64,000 nucleotides of DNA, taken from Lama glama (lineage: Eukaryota). The stretch is taken from NCBI GenBank assembly GCA_028534125.1, contig CM052818.1:31374001-31438000 (forward strand), given 5' to 3'. A program made the translations under genes and the position numbers. A model generated the notes under the pieces. The model saw only the letters and a list, made by a program, of their open reading frames with translations. It searched no databases and was not told the DNA's origin. This document shows positions 27,337-41,849 of this stretch, one piece after another (position 1 is the first letter of the stretch; every line of letters begins with the position of its first letter).

Positions 27337-27784
27337 CTGTGTAGGCCTCAGAAAAAGAAGCTGACTGATATTCATAAACACTTTTTACAAATCAAGAAAG
27401 AAATTAACACATGAAAAAAATATTTAATTTTAAAAGGCTCAATCTGGGCAAACTTTGTTTTTCCACAAGCCAATATTAAACAGTGTAGCCTTAGAAGTAG
27501 ATGTAATTGTCAACTGCAACAGTTCAGAGAATAAAATCCTGTATTCAGTGAGGTCTGAAGGTCCTTTCACTTTTTTACCCCTATTCCATAAATGCTTTCT
27601 GCATATTCTTGACCATATAGTAATCACCAAGCACAAAAATTATTACTATCTAAAAATTTCTTCTGTTCTCAATTTTGAGACTACTTCCCATAAACTGGCA
27701 AAATTTTTAAGTTAGCTTATTTAGGATTTTGCAATGAACCCCAATTAGAGAAATTTTTAAAATTTAAAAGAAAAATAAGGGCAT

Positions 27785-29270
27785 TTAAGAAAAATCCACA
27801 GCTAACATCACACTCAACAGTCAAAGACTGAATAAAAACCCACAGTTAACATCACACCCCATAGCCAAAGACCAAAAGTTTCCCCCACCAGGTAAATTTA
27901 CAGATTTAATGCAATCTCTATTGAAATTCCAATAGCCTTTTTTGAAGAAATGGAAAAGCTCAGTGACCCTCAAATTCATATGGAATTCCAAGGGGTCCCA
28001 AGTAGCCAGCAGTAACAAAAAAGAACAAAGTTGGAGGATTCACACTTCTCAACTTCAAAACTTACTACAAAGCTTACAATAATCAAAACAGTGTGTTACT
28101 GGCATAAGAAAAGACATGTAGCTCAAAGGAATAAAAGTGAGAGCTCAGAAATATACCCACACACAGACATATATCCATACATTTATGGCCAACTGATTTT
28201 TGACAAGGGAGCCAAGACCATTCAATAGGGAAAGAATAGTCTGCAACAAATGGTACTAGAACAGCTGGACATCCATACGCAAAAGAAGGAAGTTGACCTC
28301 TGTATTATACCACAGACAAAAATTAACTCAAAATGGATCAATGACCCAGATGTAAGAGTTAAAACTATAAAACTCCCAGAAGAAAACATATGGGTAAATC
28401 TTCACGACCTCAGATTTGGCTATGAATTCCTAGATGACACCAAAACCATGAGCAACAAAAGAAAAACTAGATAAACTAGACTTGATCAAAATTTAAAACT
28501 TCTATACATCAAAGGACTATCAAGAAAGTGAAAAGACAACCCACATAATGAGAGATAACTTTTGCAAATCAAGGTGCTAGTATCCAAAATATTAAAGAAT
28601 GCCAATAATTTAACAAAAAAAAGAAGACAAACAACTTTTTAAATGGACAAAGTACTTGAATAGACATTTCTCCAAGGAAGATACACAAATGGTCAATAAG
28701 CACATAAAAAAATGCTCAATATCACTGTCTTTAGAGAAACACAAATCAAAACCACGAGATACTACTACATACCCAACAAGGATGGCCACAATCTTAAAAA
28801 TGGAAAAATAACAAGTATTGGTGAAGACAGAAAATCTGGAACCCTCATACATTGCTGAGAATGTATAGTCATCTGTTGAATGACTAAACAAACTGTGGTA
28901 TACATGTACAATGAAATATTAGTTGGCGTTAAAAAGGGATGAAGTACTGATACATGCTACAACATGGATGAACCTTGAATACAGTATTCTAAGTAAAAGA
29001 AGCAAGACACAGAAGGTGATAAATGTTTCTGTTTATATAAAATATCCAGAATAGGTAAACCCATACATAGAAAGTTGGTGGTTGCCAGGGACTGGAGGAA
29101 TAAAGGAAGTAACTGCTTCTAAGTTCACGGTTTCCTTTGGGGTGATGAAGTACTCTGGAACTAGACAGAGGTGGTGGTGACATGATGATGTAAATGTACT
29201 AAATGCCACTGATTTGTTTACTTTAAAATAGCTAATCTTATGGTTTGTGACTTTCACCTCAATTTTTCTA
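27785..29270 (+). mobile_element. L1M (L1MB-like) ORF2 3' part and 3'UTR, internally deleted
   Basis: ORF2-like peptides ([32 protein letters not shown]) followed by an L1MB-type 3' end. Confidence 0.85.
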
Positions 29271-29532
29271 AAAAAATCAATAGATAGAAACCAAATGTCA
29301 TAACCTGTCTTTTTTTCAAGTATCCACAGTAGAGGTTACTTACAAAAATCAATTATCTGTTAAGACATAAGGGCAATCTCAATTAATTTACAGGGCATAT
29401 TTTCTGATTATAACACAGTAAAACAAAGAATTAATAATAAATTCAAAACAAAGACTCTTAACAATCTGAAAATTTTAAACTCCTAAATAACATTGAACTA
29501 AATTTTTTTAAATTAAAGATAAACAAGACTTA

Positions 29533-29672
29533 TAGTTCTCAAACTCTGGTGTGCATCCAGATTACCTGGGCAGCTTGTTTAAAACACAGAAGCTTCAGCC
29601 CTACACCCAGAGATTCTCATTTCAATAGGTTTAGAGTGGAGTTAGAGAATACATATTTTTAATAAGCCCTCT
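29533..29672. mobile_element. MER5A-like hAT-Charlie fragment within decayed L1 sequence
   Basis: AGTTCTCAAACT...GTGCATCCAGATTACCTGG...CCCAGAGATTCT. Confidence 0.65.
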
Positions 29673-30327
29673 ACCAAAGTTTAGAAGCAATAATATTAAG
29701 GGAAAAAATCTAAAGATATTACAAATCAAAAGTTACAGAATTCATACAGAGCTATACTCATACATTGTATAAAATAATAATAAAGAGAACATAAACTAAG
29801 CAGTCAAATTAAGATTTTAAAATAAAGATATTAAAGAAAACAGGAGAACAGAAATATGAATGAAAGTAAAACTATATGATTAGGGAACATACAAAAGAAG
29901 AATTTTAAAATGAGTTTGGTTAAAATCCTGAAAATTCTAATAAAATAAAAAATTCTCATATAGACAAAAGTAGAATTGGGAAAAGAAATTAATCATTTTC
30001 TTTAAAAAAATAAAACAAGAAAAATAATAAATTTGGGGGAAAACTCTGGAAAAATACTTTTCAGATTTTTTAAAAATAATCAAAATATGTCACCATCAAC
30101 CTTACAAATACCAGAGGTTAAACCTTCATTTTTATTTTAAAGTCACTTTGGTAGCCTATTTAACTTTAATCTCTATTATTCAACAGTAAGAACCAATAAA
30201 TGATGCTCATTAGCAAACAGAAGTCAACAGCCAAGTGTTATACCAATAATTAATATAAGGGTAAATTAAATGAAATTTTCTTAGTTTAATAAAGAGGGGA
30301 GAGCTAACCCTTTCCTTTCCTTAGGGA

Positions 30328-30810
30328 ATATATTTTTCCTCCTTATGGCTGCTGTAACAGATTACCTGGTGCCTCAGAACACCAGAAATGTATTCTTTCA
30401 CAGTTCCAGAGTCTGGAAGTCTGAAATCAGTATTAGTAAGCCAATACTGAAATCAAGGTGTCAAGGACACAATCCCTTCAGGGAGTGAAGGAGAATCCAT
30501 TCTTTGCCCCCTCCAGCTTCAGATGGCAGCCAGAATTCCTTGACTTGTGGCTATATCACTCCAATCTCGGCCTCCATGGTGGATCACCTTGCCTCCTTCT
30601 GTGTGTGTGTGAGTATGTGTGTGATTATGTGTGTAATCTCCTTCTGCCTCCCTCATAATACACGTGATTGCATTTAGGATGCAACCAGATACTCCAGGAT
30701 AACCACCCCACCTCAATTTAATCACAAACGTAAAGACCTTTTTTGGCCATAAGAGGTTACTAGGGATCAGGACGTGGATCTCTTTTGGAAAGTCATTTTC
30801 AGCCTACCAA
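30328..30810 (-). mobile_element. MLT1 (MaLR) solo LTR
   Basis: GGCTGCTGTAACAG...TCACAGTTCCAGAGTCTGGAAGTCTGAAATCA...GATTGCATTTAGG. Confidence 0.8.
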
Positions 30811-33271
30811 AGTGTGTTTCCTTAAAAACATGGGCCAAATCTTTTGGTCAGGAACTAGATAATCTTAGTCTCCAGATTTTAACCATGCAAGGTCACAGGC
30901 CTTCTGACTTTCAGACCTATAAACACATACCTCTGGAATTAACTCAGGAATCTGTCACCATGTGTACAGTAGGCTATCACAGGGAGCATTTATTTGTCTC
31001 TCAAAAATATAACAGAAATATTAAATGTCTATTTTACTGTAAATATGAATGAAATTTTACAGACTCTCTTGAACTATCTACATTCATGTATCTGACATGC
31101 ATACCAAATACATCGAGTTTTTTCTCCCTTCTACACTGGTAAGGAGAGGTCTTTTTGTTGGCAGGGTTTTCTTGTTTTCCCAACACACTTTATAGAATGG
31201 GGTAATAATAAATTAAATTTTTAAATGAATTTGAAATGAACTACTTTCCAAAGACAGCAAAATTTATTTTTATTGTCTAAATTTTTCCAATACACAATTT
31301 CAAGGCCCACTAGCCCCTGAATCTCCTTCAGAATCAAGCAGTTTTCATTCCATAAAATCAAAATAAACTCCAGATGAATTAAAGTTATCTATAAAATATG
31401 ACAGCATTAAGAATTAGAATAAAATCTAACAATAGAAAAAATGAGCAAAGATTCGAAACAGTCACATATGAAAAGAAAATCAAATTATAGCAATGTGATG
31501 CCATGTTTCCAACTGCTACTTTATCATAGTTGACAATGATAAAATCTAGCAAAAGTGAGGGTATGGGGACACAAGGCCTCCTAAACATACTATTACTGAG
31601 AGGATAAACTGATAGAACCTTTTAAAAGGCAATTTAGCATAGCTGGCAAGAGTTAAAAGGCAAATAAATTTACATCCAATAATTCTACTTCTAATCTTCT
31701 ATACTACAAAAGTACTCATAAAAGTGAGAAAAAAATATATATAAAAATGCTCACTGGCCAAAAAGGGGCTTAACCAAAGATACTCCTATCACTCAGGAAA
31801 TTCCAAGGACATACCCAGGTAGGGAAGAGAGGATGGTGTTGAGAATGAATTTAGTGTTAGCCAAGCTGAGGCTGAGGCCAATAACCAGAGATTTCAAATG
31901 GACACTAGACAGATGGAGAACATGAGCCTAGTGATGGGGGAGCACGTCGTCAGAATCAGTTGTCAAGAGTTATCCACAGAGATAGAATCTCCCACTCACC
32001 TACCCTCAAAAGAGCCATCACTACCCAAAAAAAGATACTAGCTAATGGTGTCACATAACCATCTACCTAACTCAAATAAAAGCAAGTTACCACACACAGC
32101 AGAAAATGTAAGGGCTAAACTCTAGAACATATTCAATTTAATATTTTGAACTCTATAAACAAAATGGTACTTCATTTTTAACATAAAGATTCAAAAAGAA
32201 TCACATGACTAAATGCTAAACAGAAATGCTGAGTTTTGTTCTTTGACAGAAAAGGACCATTTTATTTTCTATCAACAGGAAACTTTAAATACATCTCTCT
32301 GACAGAAATGTTTATTTTTCAAAGAAGTTTATGGAACAACCACAGAATACTTCAAAAATACAACATAAACAGAACAACTATGATCAATTCAGAAAAGCTT
32401 CCTCTTCAGATACATGAAGCAGGGAAACCACTACACAGACTTACTCACAGCTTTACCATCCAGCTTTTAGAAACTACATGCAATGACTAGAAACTGCCTT
32501 GCTCACTACCCATTGTTCATAAGCATCATAGTTTATTTTTCCGTAAAATGCATATATCATCTCATCCTTTTGTTGCTATCTTCTCAGAATAGAGTCTCAT
32601 CTCTGTCTTTTAGCCAGTGAAGTGACAAATGGGAGAAGAAAGGGAAAGCAGAGTTTGGGGACAGTGTCCTGGGCTAGTCATATGGTTCACAGTATAAAAG
32701 GACTACATAAGGGGCCCAGGGAACTGAGACATTCAGGTGCTGACTGGATTAATGAACAGGTTTATTAACTCAGCAAGCCTGGAGGACTATACCTGCAGTG
32801 CTGAGGGTAGGAATGTCAGAAGAGTGTGGTGAGACTCCAATACGTGCCCCATGCCCTCAGGCTCCAGAAAGGAGGAGCAAGCAAAGTTAAAACACCTTTA
32901 GCCAGAACATGGACAGCTAAGGCAAAGTCTGAGCCCAGATCTCAACCTCCAGAAGGAATGGGGTAGGGGGCCGCTCCCCTCCCCACACTCCACAATATTT
33001 GGGATATTCAGGTTCCAAAGATGGCTAGAGGAACCCTAACCTTAACCCTTAAGAAAGTAAGCAGGCATGACACATCCTTCCCACTTCCTAGACCCTGAGG
33101 CTGAAGTCAAATCACAAGGACTATTTTATTTTGTATAAAACTTTAAAATGCTTGTATCAGGCAGACTCTTGCTTTTGTTTATAGTAGTACTTAATTCTGT
33201 TACATCAAAATCAATGTATAAACCAGTTATAACTGTAGTTATCTACTGATGTATAAACTCCTTGCTGTTCA

Positions 33272-33765
33272 TGTAGGGGTTCAGAACACGCCTCCCCAAA
33301 ATGTGTCACCTTTGCGTGAAGACTGTTTTGAGCTAAAGGCAATCCAGACCCTGGATTGGGCTGAAGAGAGAGTACTGCCTCTCCCTTAACCACCTAGAAG
33401 AATTTAAATTGGGGGTTCTTCCCCAGAAAAAGAGTCATTACCAGAGATTAACTTTATCTAAGTGGCCCCACGTGTATGGCAGGGCAAAACATCTAATTAC
33501 CAAACATCTGCTCTTCTTCTTATGTTCTGTGATGACCCTCCTGTCTCTGGAAGCCCCAGGCCCCTGTCCCAATCCTTAGCTCAGGAATGGCATACATACC
33601 TCATATTACCTTTCCATCTTTGAACTTCTCCTATATGTGAACTCTCTGACCTCATGTATGTGGGATTCCCGTACAAAATTAGGTTTGGTTTCTCATGACA
33701 ATTTAATTCTTAGACCAGTTAGAAGACCTGACAGGAGTAGAGGAACGTCTTCTTCCTCCCTGACA
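33272..33765 (+). mobile_element. MER34-like ERV1 solo LTR (494 bp)
   Basis: Starts TGTAGGGGTTCAGAACACGCCTCCCCAAAATG and ends TTCCTCCCTGACA (TG...CA with terminal inverted similarity). Flanks TTCA/TGCA resemble a 4-bp TSD with one mismatch. Confidence 0.8.
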
Positions 33766-35769
33766 TGCACATGGTAGTGCACTGAGGGTCGTTTTCATTA
33801 TCCTAAGCTAATAGTAGCTGAGGATGCCCTTTGCTTGAACCATCCCCCAGCTTTCTCCAACTACATAACTCACAGAAAGCCAAGGTCTTTCCCAGACCAC
33901 CACTAATTTCTGGGGGCCTTAAATTCCCTCAGCCTTAGGATCCCCTTTTTAAATTCAACCAATTCATCAGTTCCATCCTACCCTCATCACCCGAACCCCC
34001 AAGAAAACCTTAGGTAAAACATTTGTAAATACTGAGGGTCAGAGGGAATGGTCAATTTAAATAACATATATCCTTGAGCCATCTTTCCAGTTCCTCCCTC
34101 TTCTTCAATCATCCCACGTCCTACTCACCCAAACATTGCTCTTAAAATTACAAATGGTTATTCCTAGTTAAGCAAAATGCAGCCCTTTCCAGTTTGACTC
34201 CCTGGTGAGCATGTCCACATGTAACAAGATGCTGAGCTCCAAAGCCTTTCATCTATCAGGAACCACCCTCCAAATTGCTTTAAGGGGCAAAGAATACTTC
34301 TGTTACCCTAGTAAGCCACACTTCCAGCCTGAGTGCTTCTTCCTAGTACAAAAGCAAGCAGATCTGGGTCCCCTTAGTCAATGTTTACTGAACTGAATTA
34401 CCAGACTGCTGTTCTAATGAATGGCTCACCAGATCAAACTCTACATTTCTTCTTCTCAGAGCAGCAAAGCTAACTGCATGTTTAAAATGTCCTCCCTTCC
34501 AAAAGGAACTACTGTTACTTCTTCCATTCTTTCCAATTTTGCCAGTGAAACCTATAACCTAACAACCATGTAAAAAGTCTCCTCTTTTTTTCTTTACAGA
34601 TTAAGAAATTAAGTCTTGGGCAAGGTAAAATTAGTTGCCAAAGCCTTCTAATAATAAAAAGTAGAGTTCTTAAGCTATATGAGGTACTTTGAGAAGGGTG
34701 TTACTTGCAACATCTCCTTTAATCCTCACAAAAACCACAGCAGAAAAATAGCACCGTGACCCCTTTTTATAGTGGGTAAACAGACTTAGGTTAAAAAATA
34801 AAATTCCCTGCTCCAAATCACAATGACATAAAATGCTACAGTGGGATTCAAGCACATCAGAGTTCAAGCCTTAAAAGGATAATTCAAACAAAAAGATAAC
34901 ATTGTGTCTCTGATGCAAATGTAAAATGAACACTTGTCTATGATTTTACTTAATTCGTTAATTATGGAAAAAATAAGATGTTTCATCTGGTTCAAAAGTG
35001 AATCCAAAGAACACAAACATATAGGCAATTGGGAATGGTAAAATGTATTTGCTTAGTAAATCCAAAACTAGCTTCTCCCACAAGAGGACAAAAAAAATCA
35101 ATAGTACCTCCAACTAACAAAATTCATTTGCATGTCTAAGGACAAGAGTAATCTGCATTGCTGTCAGTTATTCACAATTTACAAAGTTATAAAATAAACC
35201 AAAAAATAATAAAAGCTGAGACCCCAAAGCAGGAAAAATGCTCTAGACTACCTAGTTTTAACTGAAGACACCCTATAAATCCTTTTTGTACATTTCAAAG
35301 ATTTTCACAAACGTTTCTTACATAATTCTTAATTAACTATCAAACACAATGCTTTTTTTCTTCTTCTTGTTACTCTTTTTTTTTTTTAAATATATAGTAA
35401 GTTTTATTTTTCCCTCCTGGTAAGGCTTCTTGAAAAAGCAGGCCTCTGGTCTTCATCACCAATAATGAACCTGCCTTCTATTGACTTCTGGTGCATATAT
35501 GCACCATGATATACATTTTAATTTACCACACAGATAATTAGCACATAACCCAAAATTGGCCATACCCCTTCCAAACTCCATTTTCTCTCAAAGGAGGAGG
35601 AACAGTACTATATACTGGTCAGATTCAAGGAAACTCTGCCTGCAGTCGTACAATATGGAGCTTTCATCATTTTGGCAAAATGGGAGATCACAACTCAGGG
35701 CCCAAACAGAGATGGCCACTTGTGGTATTCTTTTTTCAGTGTGGGAGGAAAACAGTTAAAAATTTCTCT

Positions 35770-36650
35770 TGAGTGTCTGAGAAACAGAAAGAAGGCCAAT
35801 GTGCCTGGAGAACAGAACAATGGGAAGAGTGAAAAGAAAGAAAATGAGCCAATAAGAGCTAGATCATCTAAAGGTTTGTTTATTCTGGTTGGAATAGGAA
35901 GCCCTTACATGGTTTTTAGTAGAGTAACGTAAGAATGTCTTTAGAAAACTCTCTCTGACTGCTGGTTGGAAACAAAGTTGCAGGAAAAGCAAGATTGGAG
36001 AGTATTTAAAAGACTGATATGATGGTCCAGGTGACTGACAATAGTGGCTTAGATTAGGGTTATTATACAGAAGATGGTAAAAGTTATACCTGAAATACAT
36101 TTTGAAGATTGTGGTGCTTGAGCTTTCTGTTGAATAATCAAGGATGATTCATAAGTGTTTGTACCAAGCAACAGAGGAATGACAGTGCTCTTTGCTGAGA
36201 TAGGGAAGACATGGTGATTAAGAATGACAATTTGGAGGAGGAGCATGCAATAGTTCTTTGTGAACCATATGAAATATGGCATATCTAAATAAAGACTCAC
36301 TAACCTACAGATGGAATTGGATGAGATAATCTACAAAAAGATAGTAGATGAAAGGAACCCTGAGGACAGACTCTGGTCCTCCAATGTTCAGACTGAGTAA
36401 GAGAAGATTAAGCAGCAGCAGCAAGTGAGGTAAGAAGAACTAGTAGGTGAGTGCGATGTTGGTGAAGTCACTCAGAATAGGGTTTCAAGAGGGAAGGTGA
36501 AATCAGATATGCAAGACCTTGAAAAGATTCATTACAGTGAGAACTCAAAATTGACTACATGTTTTGTCAAGACTTAAGTTACTAATGACCTTAAAAAGAT
36601 GATCTCATTGTATTTGTGAGAGGTAGAAAGCTTGATAAGAGTGGGCTAAT
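35770..36650 (-). mobile_element. LINE-2 fragment
   Basis: Purine-rich reverse L2 motifs (TCTCTCTGACTGCTG, TCAAGGATGATTC, TGAGATAGGGAAGAC). Confidence 0.7.
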
Positions 36651-36929
36651 CAATATACAAAGTCCCCTAGATCCAATTTTCACATATAAGTTTCTTTTTT
36701 CAACAGTGCTGTTTGTAAGGATTAATATTTCATTATTGTTAGTCTTTCTTAGAGATCTTCCTTAATAAAACAAAGAAAAAGTGTATTTTTCATAGTATAA
36801 AACTTGTTCTATTTGAATTACCATATTGAATCATTGGATTCTTTTATAAATTTAAGGTATATGATGAGATCTTAGTGACCTTATGTTTCCCACATCTAGG
36901 AACATTTTGCTATTTCAAAATCCTAGACT

Positions 36930-37405
36930 TTCTTTCTTTTTTTTAATTGAAGAATAGTTGATTTATAACATTGCAGGTGTACAGCAAAGTGATTCAGTTA
37001 TACCTATTTTTTTTCTTTTTCAGATTCTTTTCTATTATAGGTTATTACAAGATATTGTATATAGTTCCCTGTGCTATACAGTAGGTCCTTGTTGTTTATC
37101 TGTTTTTTACATAATAGAGTGTATCTGTTAATCCCAAATTACTAATTTATCCTCCTTTCCCTCTCCTTTCCCCTTTGGTAACCAGAAATTTGTTTTCTAT
37201 GTCTGTGAGCCTATTTCTGTTTTGTAAATAAGTTCATTTGCATCATTTTTTTAGACTCCACGTGTAAGTGGTATCATACTTGTCTTTCTCTCTGACTTAC
37301 TTCGCTTAGTATGATAATCTCTAGGTTCACCCATGTTGCTGCAAATGGCATTATTTCATTATTTTTATGGCTGAGTAATATTCCATTGTGTATATATACA
37401 CCACA
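36930..37405 (-). mobile_element. 5'-truncated L1 3' end
   Basis: Similar to the 3' end of the large L1 (ATAGTTCCCTGTGCTATACAGTA, TTTTTATGGCTGAGTA). Confidence 0.85.
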
Positions 37406-37767
37406 TTGGCTTTTTCTTCTTTTAGAAAAGAGTCCACAGCTTCAAGATCTGACAACTACTAAAAAAAAAACTGCTCCATTAAAACTAATCTTTCACTCTA
37501 GTAAATTTTTTTATCACATACTAAGCCAGAAATTTAGAATTACAATGAATTTATATAAATGCAGAAATTAACTAATTAATTGAATTGTCAAGCTGCTTAA
37601 GATATCTGAAACTAATGAGGGTTTGGTTTTACTGAACAATGGCAAACAGAATTACTCTCTGGAGTTTAAAAAAAAAATGATTAAATGTCATTTCCAAGTA
37701 ACTGACCCAAAATTAACTTAGGTGTCTAACTGGCCAATGTATGCATCTTAATTTCCACTCTGTGTTT

Positions 37768-37915
37768 TCTTTTTTTTTTTTAATTGAAGTGTAGTCAATT
37801 TACAATGTTGTGTTAATTTCTGTTGTGCAGCAAGCATAGTGATTCATTTATACATATATATTCCTTTTCATATTATTTTTCATTATAGGTATTACAAGGT
37901 ATTGAATATAGTTCC
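37768..37915 (-). mobile_element. Very short L1 3' end with diverged TSD
   Basis: Poly-T followed by AATTGAAGTGTAGTCAATTTACAATGTTG. Flanks CACTCTGTGTTTTCT / CACCCTACGTTTTCT. Confidence 0.8.
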
Positions 37916-38222
37916 ACCCTACGTTTTCTTTCATTAAAAAAAAAAAAAATCAATCCCAGTCTGACTTTAGCCTCCAGTAAAATCAACCAAATGGACTGCT
38001 CCTACTGCTCCAGCTAAATGCAACTAAAATCCCTTGACATTATATATAAATCAAACAAAAGACTCTGAAGGTAGAGAGAAGGCGCACTAGCTAGGGACCT
38101 TGGGACCCATGGAATAACATGGTGATGAGTTCCCTAGGTTTTCCTTTTGCCTCATGTACTGGCTGAAGCAGCCAGTAACCCAGAAATGCCCATGGAGACA
38201 GACAAAAAAAGTTCCTGCTCTT

Positions 38223-38526
38223 GACTCAGATACAGAGAACAAACTAGTGGTTACCAGTGGGGAGAGGGGAACGGGAAGGGCAATATAGAGGTAGGGAATT
38301 AAGAGGCACAAACTATTAGGTACAAAATAAGCTACAAGGATATATTGTACAACATGGGAAATATAGCCAACATTGTAAAATAACTATAAATGGAGTATAA
38401 CCTTTAAAACTTGTGAATCACTGTATTGTACACCTGTAACTTATATTGTTCAGCAACTATACTTCAGTAAAAATTAAAAATTAAAATAAGTAAAATTTAA
38501 AAATAAAAAATATTAAAAAAAAAAAA
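38223..38526 (+). mobile_element. Truncated L1 3' end with poly-A and TSD
   Basis: AAAAAAGTTCCTGCTC occurs on both sides (~38205-38220 and 38521-38536). Confidence 0.85.
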
Positions 38527-39343
38527 GTTCCTGCTCCTTCAGAGAACCAAGAGCGGCATAACAAAACAGAAAACCTGCAGACAAAAATCACCGCTCTCCA
38601 GCTAAAAACCATAGAAGAAACTGTGGCTCACCCCTACCTACAAAGACAGGCCAAGTATGGAGCCTAAACTTTCACGCTCACCAGGCTGTACTGTTGTGCC
38701 TCAACATTACAAGAGGTCACGCCCTTACCCTCTCCTCTTACCACCCCACACCCTCACCCCTGTAGGTAAGATATCAATGACAGAACTTTCTTTCCTTGCC
38801 GGGTAGTTGTAATACCACTTTTCCTGCCACACACATGAAGACCACCTGGAAAGCCTGGACTTCTACTCCTATGACAGTAAAGAGGCAGCCCTTCTCATGT
38901 CCATGAGGGTGTTAGGAGACAAGGCCTAGTAGAGGGTCAGGATGTTCTCCACCCTCCAGGGGTAAGAAGGCCATCACCTCTCCCATTGGGGAATGGCAAG
39001 AAGGCAGAGTAGTATCAGTGAAGACCTAGAGAGGAGCTGAAACTCCCACCTCTGCCCAGCAGTGAGTGTCAATGGACCAATTCCTCGAAAGCACACAACT
39101 CACCAAAAATGAAACAGATAATTTAAATAGCCCTGTAACTATTAAGGAAATTAAACTTGTAATTAAAAACCTCCTGAAAAAGAAATCTCCTGGCCCAGAT
39201 TGTTTCAATAGGAATACTACCAAATGTTTAGAGAAGAATTAACACAATCTCTCCCAGGAAACACAATAGGGAGCACCTACTAATTCACTTTATGAAGTGA
39301 CTATTACCTTGATGCAAAAAAAACAGGAAAACATGGTACCAAA

Positions 39344-39344
<1 letters not shown>

Positions 39345-39374
<30 letters not shown>
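39345..39374. repeat. (GCAA)n microsatellite
   Basis: About 7 perfect units visible. Confidence 0.9.
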
Positions 39375-39375
<1 letters not shown>

Positions 39376-41849
39376 TATAGACTAATACAAGAATACAGAC
39401 CAAAAAAAAAAAAAAAAAAACCTTAGTTCAATATTCAAGAATCAATGTACTTCACAACATTAACAAACTGAAAAAATATGTTCACAAGATCATAGCAATC
39501 TATAACAGAAAAATTATCTGATAAAATTCAATGTTCATGAGAAAAACTCTCAGAAAAAAAGGAATAAAGGGAAACTTCTTCAATTAGATAACAAGCTTCT
39601 ATAAAAAAACATTTTATACCTAATCATAAAATTAAAAAATGAATAATGCATTGCCCCTAATGTTGAAAACAAGGCAAGGATGTCCAACATAGTCAATGCA
39701 AGAAGGTAAGAAAAGGAAATAAAAGCCATACACAAAGAAGAAATAAATCTGTCCCTATTTGCAGATGACATTATGGTTTACACAGACAATCCAAGAAGCA
39801 TACCCAGAAACATGCTAGAACTAATAAGTGAGTTCAGTAAGGGTGTAGATACAAGATAAATATACCAAAAAATTAAAATTAAAAAAAAAATAAAAGCAAC
39901 CACAAATTGCGCTTGAAGTGAAAAGACATCCTACAGTATAGAAGAATATTTTTACAAGTCATATATGTGATAAGAAGCTTGTACCTATACTCAGTAATAA
40001 AAAGGCAAATCACCCAATTTTAAAATGGGTGAGAGGTCTGAATAGACATTTCTCCAAAGAAAATACACAAATGCCTTAACCACATGAAAAGATGTTTGAC
40101 ATCATTCACCATAAGGGAAATGCAAATCAAAACCACGAGATACCACCTCACAACCACAAGGATATTTTACCATAACACCTCTAGAACGGCTATAATCAAA
40201 AAGGCAGAAAACAACAAGTGTTGGGTGAGAACGTAAAAATATGGGAACCCTCACATACTGTGATGGGGTTGTAAAATGGGACAGCTTGGAAAGCAGCCTC
40301 ACAGTTCCTCAAAAGATTAAACATATAAATTACCATATGACCCAAAAGTTCAATTCCTAGGTATATACCAAAAATACTAAAATATACATCTGCACAAAAA
40401 CTTGCACATGAATGTTCACAGCAGCATTATTCATAATAGCCAAGAAGTGGAAACAACACAAATGTCCATCAACTGATGAATGGATAAATAAAAGGTGGCA
40501 TATCCATACAACAGAATATTATTCAACCATAAAAAATAATTAAGTATTATCAAATGCTACAACAGGGATGAACCTTGAAAGCATGCTAAGTGAAAGAAGC
40601 CAATCACAAAAGATCATATTGTATGATTCTTCTTATATGAAATGCTCAGAATAGGCAATTCTACAGATAGAGAGTAGATTAGTACCTGCCTGGGTCAAAG
40701 GAGGGGAAGATGAGGGGAGAGGAGGTATCACTGTTAATGGACACAGGGTTTCTTTTTGAAGTGATTAAAATACTCTAAAATTAATTGTAGTAATGGTTAT
40801 ACAACTCAATGAATATGGTACTAAAAATCACTGACTGCCAGATCCACAGCCGACTTCTTTGTAGAAACTGACAAGCTGATTCTAAAATTGATACAGACTT
40901 GCAACAGACCCAGAATAGACAACACAATTTTGAAAAATAACGAAGTAGGAGGACTCATAATTCCCATTTTCAAAACTTACCACAAAGCGACTGTCATGAA
41001 GACAGCTTGGTACTGGCATCAGGACAGACATATAGAAAGAGTACTCAGAGTTAAGAAATAAATCCACATGTCCATACAACTACCATATGGCCCAGCAACT
41101 GCATTCCTGGCCAGTTAACCCAGTGAAATAAAAATTCACATTCACACAAAACCTGTACACTGCAGCATTATTCAAAACAGCCAAAACTAGAAAACTCAAG
41201 ATGTCCTTCAATATCAAAAAATACTAAGGATTGTAAGGAATACCAAGCAAGAAAAAAGAACTATCCATATATGCAACAACTTGGAAGAGTCTCAAAGGAA
41301 TTATGCGAAGCAAAAAAAAAAAAAAAAAGATAATCTCCAAAGGTTACACACTGTATAATTCCATTTAAATAACACTCTTGCAGTGACAGAATTATAGAAA
41401 TGGAGAACATATTAGTGATTGCCAGAGGTCAGAGAAAGAGGTGTGTGGCTATCAAAGGACCACATAAGGAACACTTACGGTGAAGCTGTTCTGTATCTTA
41501 GTTATATCAATGTCAATATTCTGGTTGTAATATTGTACTACAGTTTTGCAAGATGTTACCATTGGGAAAACCTGTGTTAGAGGGTACATGGGATCTTTTT
41601 AAATTATTTCTTACAACTGCATGTAACTCTACAATTATCTCAAAATAAAGTCTTTGGGGAAAAAACAGTAATCCTTAAACTTGCAACTTGGCTGAATAAC
41701 AAATCTACATAAACACAGAATATTACTTTTTCCAAAAGAAGGTATGTAGTAGGGAAACAAACATATGGAGAGAGAAAGAGATTGAGTCCAACTTTGTGAT
41801 TTTAAGTAATTAATCTCTTCACCTGCAATACATAGATTAAAAAATACCA

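Larger units (their letters stand above)
37960..41660 (+). mobile_element. Composite old L1M block (5' region, ORF2 pieces, L1MD-like 3' end) with a nested L1MB-like piece at ~39.9-40.8 kb
   Basis: ORF2 motifs (CCTGGCCCAGATTGTTTCA, CTATTTGCAGATGACAT encoding LFADD) and two separate L1M 3'UTRs (~40.3-40.8 kb and ~41.1-41.65 kb). Confidence 0.75.

Noticed and set aside
33033..33051. Telomere-like CCCTAACCTTAACCCTTA
   Set aside because: Only about three imperfect units, compatible with chance.
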